Source of the DNA: the human T2T-CHM13v2.0 reference genome, Homo sapiens
Assembly (NCBI RefSeq): GCF_009914755.1
Contig: NC_060927.1
Strand: one strand, 5' to 3'
DNA length: 64,000 nucleotides
Part shown: positions 1 through 15,762 of the stretch, piece after piece
How positions within the stretch are numbered: position 1 is the stretch's first letter
How the letters are laid out: each line of letters begins with the position of its first letter
Translations under genes and position numbers: made by a program
Notes under the pieces: generated by a model
What the model saw: the letters and a program-made list of their open reading frames with translations, nothing else
Databases searched by the model: none
Told to the model about the DNA's origin: nothing

Positions 1-968
1 TCAGGTACTCAATAACTGTTAAATGAATTAACGTCCCATTGAAAAGAGGTTACTTAAATCACAGGGGGTTTTGAGCCCTCTCATGGTTTCCTTATAGTCC
101 CCTCACTTATAACACACACAACACTGGCAAGGATGGAGAGCTACTGTCTAATACTGAGCAATACTGATGTTTTTTCCAGAAGTAGGGGAGGCAGTGACAA
201 AAATGGCACTGAGATAAGCATATTTGGGACACCTTTAAACTGAAATGAGCACATATCCAAAGATCCTATAACTGAAAGTAGAGCTCATCAATGTAAACAG
301 AACAAAAAGCCACTATGGACCAGGGACTTTTGTTAACATGACCTGCCAGGGATCAGAGAGAACCCACAGAAGGTGAAGCTGTCTTTGTCTAAGGAGATTC
401 ATTCCTGGTAATACCAGACCTAACCATCCCCACATTTCAACTAAGGCTGTTCTGTGGCATCAGACAGGAGGATCAGCCTGAAGAGAACCCTGGACATAAG
501 GCTGGCAACAGGCAAAGACACCGAGTTGATGTGTCCCTTCTTAATTTCCCAACTTCCCACCATTGCCCACAGGGCTGCTGCTTCCTTAGTTTTACCTTCT
601 CCCTTAAACAAAGCTTACAATCATGACCCAATGACATTAGAGAAAGTCACTGGGTATGTATACACCAGAAGTCCTGCTTGGCAACTTTTAGCCTAGATGG
701 AGGGTTCCTGGATGTCTTTGTTCTCTTATTAACTCTTCCATTCAGTAATCACTTATGGAATTCACACTACAGTCCAGGTACCAGGAATGCAAAGATGAAT
801 GGGAAAGTTTTAGCCCTGGAACAAATCCAGCCTCGTCCTCCCTATCTATTTCTGTACCCCACTCCCAGTAGTCATCCCAAACTGTCTGGAAGGCCCTTTC
901 TTCTCTTGTTCATCCTTCATTTAAAAGCTGCAAGAATTGATGGAATAATATTTAAAGCTCTCATCTTT

Positions 969-1695
<727 letters not shown>

Positions 1696-2059
1696 TAAAT
1701 GGAGACAACTTTGAGAGTAAAAGGGATTTGCAGTTAATAATAGTTCTGGAATAACAGATGTATCCAAGTCTGTCCCAGGCAAACCAATAGGGATGATCAC
1801 CTACACCGAAGAGACAGAAATTCTAAGCTTAAATGCCAGATGAATCTTGAAACCTGTCCAGATTTACAGAAACACCTATACTTTATTTTGTATATGAAAA
1901 GTATCGTGTGAAAGGTCACCTCACAACTATGTTGTAAGGAATATGTTTCCTCTTTCTGGGTACAGAGGCAACAGGTTAAATTACAACCCCTGCATCACCC
2001 AGTGTATGCTGTGATGTGGAACACACTATTTACCGTAACAGCAAAAAGCACATCATCTA

Positions 2060-2580
2060 CTGATGTTTCCTATGAGCCAGAGACTGTTAAGGCCTAGATC
2101 ATTCCTCCCACCAAACCCATGAGTAGACACTACTGACATCCCACATTTTACAGATGAGGAAATGGAGCCTTCGAGAAGTTACAGCACAGCTAAAAAGGAT
2201 GGGACTATGCTTCAAACTAAGGCAGTCTCTTCCAGAGCCCACCTTCTTAAATACTACCACAGTGCCTTCTCAAAGACATCACTGAAGAGGTGATAAGATG
2301 AGCCACAAAAACTGGGAGATCGTGACAATGATAATGATCCTAACTACCCATTATTGGAAACTTTAGGGTATACAACTCTGCTAAACCTTATACACAGCAT
2401 GATCTCATTTCACTCTCCTGGCTCTCCTAGGAATCATTATTACTAAGCCCATTTTACAGATGAGGAAACTGAGGATTCTAGAGGCTAAGTAACTTGCCTA
2501 GGGTTGTGAAGCTATCGTGGAGCAAATGCAAGATTTGAATTCAAGGCGAACTCCAGAGTCATCCTCACCATATTAGAAGG
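2060..2580 (-). mobile_element. Two MIR relics (other MIR/L2 relics near 21000, 21800, 22650, 41450, 51500, 52200, 60100)
   Basis: CCCATTTTACAGATGAGGAAACTGAGG core motif at about 2150 and about 2450. Confidence 0.75.
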
Positions 2581-5001
2581 TGCACTATGAAAGAAAGAAT
2601 TTGGACGAAGGCAGGAAGGAAACTGATGTGGCCACACACTGGGTAACAGGCATAAAGAGAGGACAATGAGCGAAAGGTAAATTGTGACTGCGTCATGCAC
2701 AGCTGACTGTGTATGCCACAGTGAGTTAAAACTGAATCCACTAAACAAGGAACAGTAGTAAGAAATTCTGAGCAAGAGTGTCTCAACGGGATCCAGGTTT
2801 TCTCATGTTTATGATGCTAATGGACAGATCATTTATAAAGAAAATATATATTTATGTAAAGTTGTTTTTCAGTGCTGCATCTAGCACCTGAAGATTCTGG
2901 GAACAATTTGATTTTTGCACATCAAATACCTTTAGCACTGTTATTTTCCCCCTGTTATCCACGTCCCATCTGTTTCCTCTGCCCCATGCTGAAGTGACTG
3001 GTATATTTGCTCAAATAAAAGCCTGAAGACAAAAAAAAAAAAAAACTCTAATACTTGGCTCACATTTAATTTGAGAGAAATAGACTCCCAAATCTCTTAG
3101 CTTGTTCGATGTTGAATGAAAGAAAAAAAATTACACAGCTGAGATAGCTTGTTTACTTACCCAATTTTCATCCTAAGGTAGATCAAGTAACACAACTCTT
3201 TTAAACCTTCTCAATTCATTTCCTGACTTTTTTGTCCGTAACCTAGAAAACTCAAGTACAGCCTTAGTACTATTTATGAACATCTGTTAAACATTGCCAA
3301 TGCCTGTTACAACCACCTTGGGGAATAGTGTAGCATCTTAAAAGCATAATTCCATATGTAATATTTATTCTGTTGCAATGTAAAGAAAGTATGACGCTCA
3401 TTTTCTTTAAAAATTATGCAACTTTTGACTTACATCTTCATCTACTTAGAAAATATCAACCAACAGTACACAAGTCATTATATATTCATTATCAAGTTAT
3501 CTGACAAGTTGTATAAAAAAACATAGCTTCACACTTGGGTGTTATTGCAAAAGTATTGAAAATTTTTATTTTTATCTGCTGTTGATGTTTTAATAGTTGT
3601 TTTGTATTTCTTTCATGACGGCTCAAAACACTGGCTCAGTTCAATCCAAAAAAAGAAGAAAAAAAGAAAGAGAACTTGGTGAGTGCCTCATTTGTGTGAA
3701 ATGTGTTTCGTTTATCTTTGTTGCCATCTCAATCATTCCTTGAAGTATGTATTATTATCCCCTATTTTATAGTCAAGTAAATTGTGGTTTAGGGTAATCA
3801 GTCAAAGTAGGGCTGGGATGGGAGCTCTGTTCTGACTGTATAGCCTGTGTTTCTTCTAAGCCTTGAAGCAAAGAGACAAAGATTTTCAAGATTCTAAACA
3901 CTACTTTCAGAAGAGACCACTACATGATCACCAAACCCATTTCTTCTTTTTCCTAAGCATGGATTGAAACTGTATTTCCCAGCCACCCTTGAAGTTGGTT
4001 GAGATCTTGCAATTACTTTTAGCTGAAATGACACAGTCCATGCAAATTTCTACATGCAATCCTCCATGGTTTTTTTGCCTTTTGAGTGGCTGGAATGGGC
4101 ATACTTTCCAGGTCATCTTTGGGAGCCATGTGTGGAAGACAGCAGAGTGAAAAACAAAAGGAGCCTGGGTTCCTGTGGCAGACCAAGAACATCATGCTAG
4201 ATTTGTATGTGAATAGGAAATAACTTCTTCTTGCACCAGGCTACTGAGAATGGGGCAGCTCATGTGCTTCAGAAGCTAGCACTACCTAATATGCCAATAC
4301 AGAGAAAAACAATCCAAAAATAACCACAAGAGGAAATAACACAGTCAATCTAGAGATTATCATAAAACCTTAAAATAATATTTTGGAAAAAAATTTAATA
4401 TTTAGACAATGTTCATTTTATAATATAGAATTTTAAAACAAAAATTATAAACAAAACTGTACTTAGTACCTCACCAAATTTATAAACAAGCTCATTCTCT
4501 CTCAATGATGTCATATACATATGTACACAGAAATTAATATTGCTGAATGCATGTGTGCAAAACAAAAATGAAAGAAAATATGTTAATATTAGCACAGGCT
4601 TCCTCTAAGTAATGAGATTAGAAGATATTTTTTACTTATTTTTTACTTTTTTGTAATTTTCTGTATTTTCCAATATCAAAATAATGAGCATGTTCCTTTG
4701 ATAATCAGAAAAGATTTGTCTAATTATGTTTAAGATTTCTTTAAAAGGGGCAATCCACCCAGACAGAGCGATCACAGCAGTGAGGTCCTATGTCATTTAC
4801 CCTAGGTAAAGTTTTTCTGTTTTTCTGCATTTATAGCCCATAAAGTACCCTCTGAACTTTCAAAACTGCCAAACTTTACAATGGGGTGAGTCAAAGGCCC
4901 CCAGGGTAAAATATTTCACGGGAAAGTCCTGGAAAATGAGACCACATGCCAACATAACTTCTTTGCCCATTCTCAATGAGGTAGCTTTAAAAAAACAAGT
5001 C

Positions 5002-5321
5002 GGCCAGGCCTATAATCTTCCCAACTTGGCCTCCCAAAGGCCAGCAATTTGGGAGGTCAAAGTGGGAAGATCACTCGAGGCCAGGAGTTCGAGACCATCC
5101 TGGCCAACATGGCGAAACCCCGTGTCTATTAAAAATATAAAAATTAGCTGGGCATGGTGGTGCACGCCTGTAATCCCAGATACTCAGGAGGCTAAGTCAT
5201 GAGAACCGCCTGAACCTGGGAGGCAGAGATTGCAGTGAGCTAAGATCGCACCCCCCAACTCCAGCCGGGGCGACAGAGCAAAAGTGTCTCAAAAAATTAA
5301 AAAATTAAAAATTAAAAAAAT
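5002..5321 (+). mobile_element. Alu element with a rearranged 5' end
   Basis: Alu body and A-rich tail; flanking AAAAACAAG repeats. Confidence 0.92.
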
Positions 5322-8300
5322 AAAAACAAGATAATACATAACTGCATTAATGACACACCAAAAAGACAGAAAGTAAAATTATGTTAGTTACCATGGATAC
5401 ACAATCATGGGCATGAAGAGATCTGGTGACACTCAGTACCAGTCCTTAAAGGAAAGTCTTTCCCTTTGGTTTAGATGAAGATTCCAGGAGATAATATTTA
5501 TGAAATGCTCAGCACAATACCAGGCACATGGTAAAGGCCCAAAGCTTAAACACCACCACTATTATTTTTATTGGTAAAAGTGTAAGAAGAATTAATCCTT
5601 GCTTTAGTAGGCTGTTAAAATTGAAGTTAAGGCATTGAGTTTCAAAGTACTGTTCTCATTTGTTTCTGAGAAAACTGAAAGGAAGCTACATGTACACTCC
5701 CATAAAGCCTGCCTGCCCACAACCCGCCTTGATCTCGCCCTTCACTCTGCAGGTCTCCTGCAGAGTGGTATTCAGTGAATACCACAAGACACTTAGGGAA
5801 AAGATATTCTAGCACAGAGAAATTCTAAGGAGATGACCAGAGAAGACCATTTATATTTGCAGACTTAGGAAGAAGAAAAAAGAACATTTTATAAAAGGGG
5901 GATCTCTTTGCAAAAATACATACAATAGAAAATGTCATTAAAAGCTACAACTTGTTGAATGGGATATCCTCTTTATAAATACAGTTAGGGAAAACCATTA
6001 ATTTAAATTCAGGTGCTCCTTTAAGGAGCATTTGCAAGCGAGCATGAGCAAGTGAACATTTTCTGAATAACAATATTTATTCGTGAGCACCTACTGCCTC
6101 TGAGGACCTATGAGAAGCACTCTATCTGCATGAGACCAGGTTCTTAGCAGCAAGCAACAGAAATTAACTCTAGCTCAAATAAGCATGAACTAAATTACGA
6201 AAAAGAAATTGGGAGGCTCACATAATCACCAAGAAGGCAGGACAATCAGACTTAAAAAATGGGAAGGAACCAAAGAGGCCAACAGCAGGCAGGCACACAA
6301 TCAAATCACACCACAGGAACCATCTGTCTGGTGAGGACACCACTGTTATTCCTAGAAAGCAGATACCGCTTCAACCTCTCATGGACCACATATGCCATTA
6401 CCCTAGGAGCAGCTTTATATTATTGACTCCAAAGTCAAAATAATGGGCAGCTGATATGTTGGTAAAAGGAAAACTTACTTCACAAAAATCAATGTTATCC
6501 TTGTCTGTCATTATAAGACAAAAATGACCGTCATCTCAATAAAAAGGATATTAAGATCTTTTTGCAAGATCCTAACCACATGTCATAGGACAAAGCCACA
6601 ACAATCAAGGAGGCTTGCAATGTATTTAATTGACTATGGGATTAATAGTACATATCAATCAGTAGTCAATGCACAACAGTTCTTTTTTTACATCAAATAC
6701 AATTCCTTAATGGTGTTAAGTAATTCACCAGGCTTTAGGATGTGATTACATAATACCAAAAGAACAAGTTATCATATTGACGAATGGAAACATGTTATAG
6801 CTGAAAGCAATCAAAAGCTAGCCAAGTTCAATAAAAGCTCCTTATCTCCATTTTAGGATGCATGTCATTAGGCCAGAGAAGATTAATTTCTCCATTCATA
6901 GTTCAATTTTCTTTCCCAACAAAAAATAAAACTGAGCTTTTGAAACGCAATTTTCTTGCTTAATCAAATGGTAAGAGTCTCATGTCAACATGTGTGGAAT
7001 AATTAATAAATTGTAGAGATTCTAAAAACTGAAAGATAGTGATCCTAGATATGTTTCATCTAAGTTTATATACAAATACTTTTTTAAGACAGGTATTTCC
7101 AGTTATATGAGAGACACAATCCTTCACTCACTTTCAAAGAGAACTGAAAAGGTAACATGAAGATCAGTCATTCACACAGTAGGTATTCTGTAATGATCTG
7201 TTGACTGTATTCATTAATTTAATCCATAAGAGAAAAAAAGTATGTACTTATAAGCCTCCTAAGAAAATTGTATGCAACGTAAACAACTCCTCCTTTAAAG
7301 CGTGATTATAAAAGGTGGCTCCGATAAATGGCAGCAGCAATGAATATTATCCACACATTAAAAACTTAATTCAAACAAATTTGCTCTCTCAGACATAAAT
7401 CCATTTTCTATGCAAGAAAATGAGGATCTCACTCAATATCTTACCATTATGAACAGTGTTTCAGAAACAAAATGTATGCATTACCCATTTTAAACAAATG
7501 TTCAAATTAACAAGCTTTCCATAACTACACAGCAAAAGGTTCTATTTGCTCAGAGATAAAAGCAAATGAATCATTAAGAAAATATCTGCAGATTGCAGTT
7601 TCTATATATTGCACCTTAAAACCTGCCACATCTAGTTTTAATCCAATCTTCTAATTTTATTAATATGCATTTTCCATGTTTAAAATGCTGACCCACACAT
7701 AAAAATCTCCCAAAAATATCATCATCAAGTTAGCAAAAGGAAAATGCTAGGGGAGATTTAATCTAATCTGACTGGATTAAAATCCCATCATCTTTGTCAT
7801 TTAGCTCTACAATCTCGGCATGTTTTTTAACTTTATCTTGCCTGTTTCCTTGCTTGTAAAATGACATAAACAATGACTGAATTTGGCGACCAACTGAATA
7901 TAGTAGACATGAGAGACATTAATGATGCAGAGCTATTTCAGCTGGGTAAGTAGGGTGGCGAGAAGAAGAGAAGGTTTGAAGCAACCAAGAGATGACAAGT
8001 TCCATTTAGGTCAGGTGTGCCAAAGACACTCATGAACAAGTGGTCAACAGACAACTAGGAATGCAGCTTCAGGCACAAAGAAAGAGATCTGCGAGACAAT
8101 CCGCAGAGAAGTCACCCTGGAAATCACAGATATGATTAATGTCACATTTATTTTCAAAATATTTTATAAAATGTCATTTCAAAACACATCAAAATATGAA
8201 TAAAGTAGGAAGGTAAGCAAATATCTTTCAATTATTTACAAATCTTTCTAATTAAAATATGAACTCTCCTAACACATGATTAACAGGATAGTTATTACGA

Positions 8301-9241
8301 TGTCTCTGGTCTCTCTGTGAGTTAGAATCACAACAGTAGTGAACCTCCTGGAATTTGCTGCCACTGACAACAATGATGATGCTGATAGCAATAAAATCTT
8401 ATATAGAACTTTCTCAGTGTTAGACACATAATCATTCTAGGCAATTTTCTCCCATGATGGTATCATAATTACAAGGTGAAGATCCCATTTTTTCAGGACA
8501 ATCAGGAAGATGTGTGCATAATCCAGTTTTAATCTTAACCTCAAATCTATTTGCTAAAACTTCAATCGTGCTCTTGGTTCTGTCAATCTTGTGGTGACAA
8601 GAATGTAAATACTCTGAAGTTTTGCCAGATTCTTCTTGCTTTGCTCTCTCCAGGTAATCTCAGTGATGTGCACACAATTTTTATATTTATGATCAACTAA
8701 TTTCACTTTTAACCAACTAGAATTGGTTCCATATCCTCTTCTAATGCTATAAATTTCCCCTTAGATCAAAACTATTCAACAACAGAAATCAGAGGAGACC
8801 TTCCTTCTACCAAAACTACTCACTGAGTTCGGGAAGGATTACTCATTCATTCACCAAATAAGGAGCTTGAATTTTCCAAATTCCTGTTTAGCTCTAGACA
8901 GAATCACAGGGAGGCCCTCTGTTGGCCATACCACCTTAAGGAGCATCATAGATATGCACTGGTGAAACCTGCATGCACACACACTCACACACTCCTATAA
9001 GCACACACACACAACCATGCATCATTCTCCATTCCTTTATCCAGCTTGATTTTGTCAATCCTTTTATCATTCTCAACCCTTTATCCAGTTTGTATTTCTT
9101 GAGAGCATACCTGAAGAACTAATTTTCTTTTACTTCAAATTGCTTTATTGTCTCTTTTTTTCCCTCCCTTGTCCCAGCCCAACACGTCAATGCAACATTG
9201 CTCATTCCTCCAGAGCAGAAATTCTATTAAAAGCATGATAC

Positions 9242-9543
9242 AGCCAGGTGCAATGGCTCTCGGTTGTAATCTCAGCACTTTGAGAGGCTGAGGCAGGAAG
9301 ATCACTTGAGGCCAAACTGGGCAACACAGAGAGACCCCATCTCTACAAAAAATAAAGACACAAAAATTAGCCAGGTGTGGTGGTGTGTGCCTGTAGTCCT
9401 ACCTACTCTGAAGGCTGAGGTGGGAGGATCACTCGAGCCCAGGAGTTCGAGATTGCACTGAACTATGATTACACCACTGCACTCCAGACTGGGTGACAGA
9501 GTGAGACCCTGTCTCTAAAAGAAGTAAAAAATAAATACAAGTA
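9242..9543 (+). mobile_element. AluJ element
   Basis: Diverged Alu with GGAGGATCAC in the right arm; TSD AAAAGCATG(A/G)TACA. Confidence 0.92.
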
Positions 9544-10503
9544 AAAAGCATGGTACACAATCCCCAACCACAATACAATGGCTAAATAAATGTTCATAAA
9601 ACCATAACTAAGAAGTCAATTAGCTCACTAAGTGCATATCTCCAGGAATATCTCAAAGAGATTAGGTGTTATGCCTAAGAGGGGTGAGGGGAGTAATCAG
9701 CTGGCCTCCAGAATTCTCTTTAAAAAACTTAGTTATACCTGCAATGCTAGTGCTTCACTGTATTTAAGAAAATAATGGGGAAATGAAGATCAAAGACCAA
9801 CTTGAACTTTACATTTCTTTGCTCTCACTTCCCAATCCCCAAACCACAAGAGTATAAAACAAAAATGATCCTTTCTTATGAAAAGGCTGGAATACAGTAC
9901 TAACCTTTACTGAGTCTATTATCAAAGTTCACTGAGGAGCTCTCATCCAGGTTTAGATCTTATTTTACTGGGATTTTTTCACAGTAAAAACCAATCTTGA
10001 TAGCTTTTAAAAATGAAACCAATTTTCATTTATTAAAATATAAGTCACTTCAATTTCTACATTTAACATCTGAAAGTCACAAATTAATTTCTTTCTAGAA
10101 CATAAATTCTATGAAGAAAAAGGGCTTGCCTGTCTTGCACAGCTGTGTCCACAGTGCCTAGTACATGGTTGACCCTCGATAAATATTTGTTCCAGAAGAG
10201 AATGCATATACATTTCAACTGACATAACATAGAAAGGGTCTGGTGTATTAGCATCTGGTAGAACTTTAAAAAGTTCAAAGAACAACAATTACTAGCTAAA
10301 GTACCTGCGACTTACTCTTAAAAGAGCATAGAAAATTAGAATATTGAAATATGGAGAGTGCTTCTATCCTAAACTCTCAACCTGTGCTACTGATACCTGG
10401 ACAAGACTGAGTAGCAGACGCACAACTCTTTATTTTTAGTGGGAAATAACTGCATTCCCAAGGCTGAAGGATGCACATGCAAATCCTTCTAGTGTCCAAA
10501 TGT

Positions 10504-10820
10504 GCACTGTCCTAGATGGTAGCCACTAGCCACATCAGTCTCTTGAGCACCTGAAATGTGACTAGTCTGAAATGAGATGTGCTGGAAGTGTAGCATTCCA
10601 ACCAGGTTTCTGAAGATTGGGACAAAAAAATGAACACAAAATATCCTGTTGATAACTTTTTATATTAATTACATGTTGAAATGATGTTGTTTTAGATATA
10701 TTGGAGTAAACAGAATATATTATTAACATTAATTTCACCCTTTTTTTCATTTTTTTAATGTGACTGTTAGAAAACTTTAAAATACTGACGTGGCTCACAT
10801 TATACTCCTACTAGACAGTG
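10504..10820 (-). mobile_element. MER33 (hAT-Charlie DNA transposon)
   Basis: GGTAGCCACTAGCCACAT...GTGGCTCACATTATA pattern with CTGTC/GACAG termini. Confidence 0.75.
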
Positions 10821-10963
10821 GCAATCCAGACCGACACCTACAAAGTCTGTATGCCACAGGTGGGGATGCTCACTGAAAGGCAGACAGCAGGACCTGATCC
10901 CTAATATCTGGATCTGTAAGGAGGAAAATGAGCTAGATGTTCTACCACACAACAATCGCCCTT

Positions 10964-11315
10964 TGATATGGTTTGGCTGTCCCCACCCAAATCTCACCTT
11001 GAATTGTAATAATCTCCACATGTCAAGGGTGGGGCCAGGGGGAGATAACTGAATCATTGGGGCAGTTTTCCCCATACTGTTCTAATGGTAGTGAGTAAGC
11101 CTCACGAGATCTAATGGTTTTATAAATGGGAGTTCCCCTGCACAAGTTCTCGTCTGCCACCATGTAAGACATCCCTTTGCTCTTCCTTTGTCTTCCACTA
11201 TGATTGTGAGGTCTCCCCAGCCATGCGGAACTGTGAGTCCACTAAATCTCTTTCCTTTATAAATCACCCAGTCTCAGGTATGTCTTTATTAGTAGCATGA
11301 GAATAGACTAATACA
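10964..11315 (+). mobile_element. THE1 (THE1C-like) MaLR solo LTR
   Basis: TGATATGGTTTGGCTGT...GACTAATACA termini, about 350 bp. Confidence 0.9.
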
Positions 11316-11986
11316 CTCCTAAAGACTCGCAATAGCATTGGGAAATAAGTACTATTAGCTTTGACCTAAAGAAACTGAGGCAAGGACGGAGAAGGTACTT
11401 CTGCAGAATTACAAAGCTGGTAAAGGGAAGGCAAAACACTGAAGCAAAGTTAGCTTGACTTTAAAGTCATGCCCTTGTCTTTGGTCTCCTCCAGTCACTC
11501 AGAGGGTGCTCTCCCCATGTTCTAAGGGACTTAAAGAAGGATGTCGACAACTGACTCACCCTGCAAAGGCTTCTCAAGCCCTTCAGCCATGTTTCTCCCA
11601 GCCACTAACCCACAGCTGACAGAAGTGGGTGAAATAGTGACTAAAATCTCTGAAAAATTACCATGAAGCAACATCCCATGTGCTGCTATCTCAGGTAAAA
11701 GAATAAAGTTTTCCTAAATTGATGTTTTTTGCTTTTTTAAATTGCAGTTATCATTTCCTTTATTAGTTAACATGGATCACAATTTCCTTTTTGTGTTATC
11801 AAATATTGTTGAAGGCTTCCATCCACTCCCTGCACACATTATTGAACGATGCTCCACTGTTGTACTATTCTTCATTTCAAAAAGAGCTGGGATGAAAACA
11901 CCCTAATGCTCATACTGTAAGAATTTCTGAGGATACACCCTCCCTAAGGGATACTGAAAAGAAAGGGAAGTTGTTTGTTGTTCTAA

Positions 11987-12287
11987 TTTTTTTTTTTTTT
12001 TTAAGAGAGAGAAGGTCTCACTCTGGCGCCCAGGCTAGAGTATGTTAGAGTGATCATAGCCCACTGCAATCTCAAACTCGTGGGCTCAAGTGATCCTCCT
12101 GCCAAAGCCTCCAGAGTAGCTAGGACTACAGGCATACACCACCATACTAGGCTAATTTTTTTAGTTTTTGTAGAAACGGGTTCTGCTATGTTGCCCAGGC
12201 TGGTCTCAAACTCCTGGACTCAAGTGATCCTCCCTCCTCAGCCTCTCAAAGTACTGAGATTATAGGCATGAGCCACCCCACTGAGCC
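11987..12287 (-). mobile_element. AluJ element
   Basis: Poly-T plus reverse Alu; 8-bp TSD TGTTCTAA. Confidence 0.92.
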
Positions 12288-12765
12288 TGTTCTAAGGTTT
12301 TTGACACTTAGGCCAAGTGCCTCCAGTGAGTGATCCTGGCGGAACTGAGGACACAGAGGTGCCTGTGAATCTCATGCAGCATGGGTCAGGCAGGGCCCAG
12401 TCTAGAGGAAACCTCTAGGTGTGCCAGGGAAGAAAGGCTCTATTCTCCTACACCCAGGCCATCACACTGAAGGCTGTCCTGTGATTCCACATCTCCTCCC
12501 AGGTCAGCAGGACTGAAGACTCACAGGGACAAAGCTCTGAAAGCAGACCCCTCCCTTCACGCTGCAGTCACCATGTGATTCCTGCACACTTACACACATG
12601 TACATGAGGCAATCTGGACTTTTTTGCTTTTGCAGTTCTAAGCTCTCCCCTGTATCTGTCCCTGTCAGTTTAATCCACAACAAAAAAAATTAACTAGTGG
12701 GAAGCCACTACCTGTGAATTCACTGATTTGGGCAAGTGTATTTCACCCATTATGAATCAGCTTAC

Positions 12766-12907
12766 TTAGTCTCTTAGCAGCCTCGAGAGCTTCATTTGCA
12801 GTGTCTGCTACAAAGAATCTTTGAACTCTCACTCCGTTGTCAGACATCAGTTTCTTGCTCTGGTATTCCTGCAGGTTCAGCCATCTTCTGGAGGTTAATT
12901 GAACTGC
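12766..12907 (-). CDS. SUCLG2: SUCLG2 coding exon 2 (142 nt)
   Basis: Acceptor TTTCTGTAG|GCA and donor CTAA|GTAAG. Translates to AVQLTSRRWLNLQEYQSKKLMSDNGVRVQRFFVADTANEALEAAKRL plus 1 nt, in frame with exon 1. LNLQEYQSK resembles the SucC/SCS-beta N-terminus (MNLHEYQAK). Confidence 0.97.
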
Positions 12908-13095
12908 CTACAGAAATTGAAGGAGAGAGGTAAGAACATTCATTAATAGCAAGAAAAATAAAAGTCAACCTACATGGCCAGTCTTAGAGGTACTGTTGAC
13001 TGGCAATCTGCAACCCAGAGTTGAGAGAAGCAAAAGAAAAAAAAAACCCACTTAAATTCATGCCTAATTATTTTTTAACAAAAACTGTTAAGGAC

Positions 13096-13324
13096 AACTA
13101 CACACACACAAATGAATGCAGGTTTTTTAAAAATGCTGAAAGCTGAGTGAGCTCTGTGATCTAGTTAACAGTAATACACAAATATCAATGTCTTGCTTTT
13201 GATATTGTACCACAACTACATGAGGTGTCAGCATTAGGGGAAGCTGGATGAAGAGTACATGGGGCTGCTATACTATTTTTGCAACTTCCTTTGAGTCTAC
13301 AAGTATTTCAACATAAGTTATTTT
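13096..13324 (+). mobile_element. Ancient L1M (L1MC/MD-type) 3' end fragment
   Basis: TAGGGGAAGCTGGATGAAG...TATTTTTGCAACTTCC motif; 16-bp flanking direct repeat. Confidence 0.7.
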
Positions 13325-15368
13325 AAAAACTGTTAAGGACTCTATTACATGGATATGGCTCCCCCCTTCTCACCCCAAATAAATAAAGAGCATAGCATTA
13401 TTTTAATAACTGTATATAGACTGTTAATCATTGTAAGGTTTTTCAGGAAATTTGTTTAAACACTCTGAAGTCACTGGGCCACAGACTAATTCATTTCTTT
13501 ACCACAGTTTTTAACAGAGTCTGGGTAGGGCCATTGTGTGTTTAACGAGATTATCTCTTTCATCCACCAAGGTTGAGTGCAATAACCTGAAAGACTGACT
13601 ATTAATTAAACTAGTTCCTAAACTGCAACTTGTGTATTAAAGGAAATTTGCTTAAGTTTCAAGTAGAAGTGGTTTTCCAATATGCACTACGTGTTTATCT
13701 GTGTTAAAAGGACACAGTCAAAGGACACAATAACATGAACAAATAAATTCCTTACATTTTATCCAATAATATCAACAGTATTCCCTACCAAATCTGTAAG
13801 CCCCATTTTTAAAAGAAGGAAAAAAAAAAAAAACCAGGAAAAATGAATACACTTAATGTAAACTCCTTTCCATCCATGAGTCATATGCAAAGGAAACATT
13901 ACTCACAAGAGGAAGGATGACAATACAGTTAATGCACAAACCAAAAAAATCAATCACACAACTGGATCACAAGACTGGTAGTACATGGACATCATCTGAT
14001 ACAATCCCTACTGGCTTCTGTCCACGGCTTTGGTGGATGTCCAAGGCAGTGTCACACAGATCATAAAAGTGAGGCCCACAGGGCTTCATCACATGGAGCC
14101 ATTACCTTTTGGGACATCTACTGTGTCCTTAAAATGTCATTTTCTTCTGGTATCCCCAAGCTATGATGTATTCATGGAGCTCTTTTGAAATAGGGTGATT
14201 CAAAGCTCTATACCCCCACTACTAGACTGTGTTCCACTAAAGGGTAGAAAGTGTGCCTTAAACTTCTCTGTATCTCTGTGAAGAAGGTGACAGTGCTTGA
14301 CATATGAAAGACACCCAAAAAATGCCACTTGGATGGCCAAATGAATCAACTCTGCCTTTTGTCTCCTGATATGGACAATTTTTCATTCCCAGAAACTGGC
14401 CACCTCTAAAAATAAAAAAGTACAAGTTAGTCCTTAAGATGTGAAATAAACATAATATAATGTATACATGCTGGTAAAAAATTCAAATTTCAACATGATC
14501 AAGCCTAAAGATAGCTCTCTGTTCTGTCCTTGTAGCTGCTGGTAATGATGGTTTGGTTTTGCTTTTAATATTGAAGTTGCCTATACTTCTTCTTTAGAAA
14601 TAAATAATACTGGGATAAAAATAAATTGTCAGACAAGCAATGCTCACATCATTTACCGTATATTATTTTTTAACTACACATTATTTCTTAATCTTACTTT
14701 TTAAGTCTTGATGAAACATTAGTAATTTGAAAAACACAAAATTCTGTAAATGAACATACTCAAAGGCTTTATAGTCTTAATAGCGTGTTATATAACATAC
14801 AAAGAAAAATACGAGTTTAAGGCATTTAGCGAAAAAGCCCCTTAGTGAAAGAAAACATTAAACATTAGCTGTGTGCTATTATCTAGGACCACTCTTAAAA
14901 GGCAAATAGGAACAATCAATAGATTATGTCTACGTTGACATAACAATTTAAAGCCATTAACCAAAGAAAGAAAAAATATAGTTTGAAAAGAGCATTTGAG
15001 GGAGACTAAAAACAGCCACAATGTGGTTGTGGTCAATTCCTTTTCATCAGAACACTCGCCATATTAATTTTAGATATGTTAATGCAATCTGCTGGAAACT
15101 AATTGCAATTGATCCAGAGGCCAGCTTCACAGACATGTAACATATATTGACTGTTTCCACACTGACTCAAATGAAAGCCAGCTTGAAGTCTGTTGCTCTT
15201 AAATTGAAAACCAGGACAATGAGCACAGTTCCAAATCCACTGATGACACCCGGCTATCACTCCACAAAGGAATTCTTTTACAGAATAATCACCTATTTTT
15301 GTCAATCCAAAACTTGGAAAACTAGGGCCCTGACTGGCTCTAAAACTTCAAGACAACTCCACTTATTA

Positions 15369-15762
<394 letters not shown>

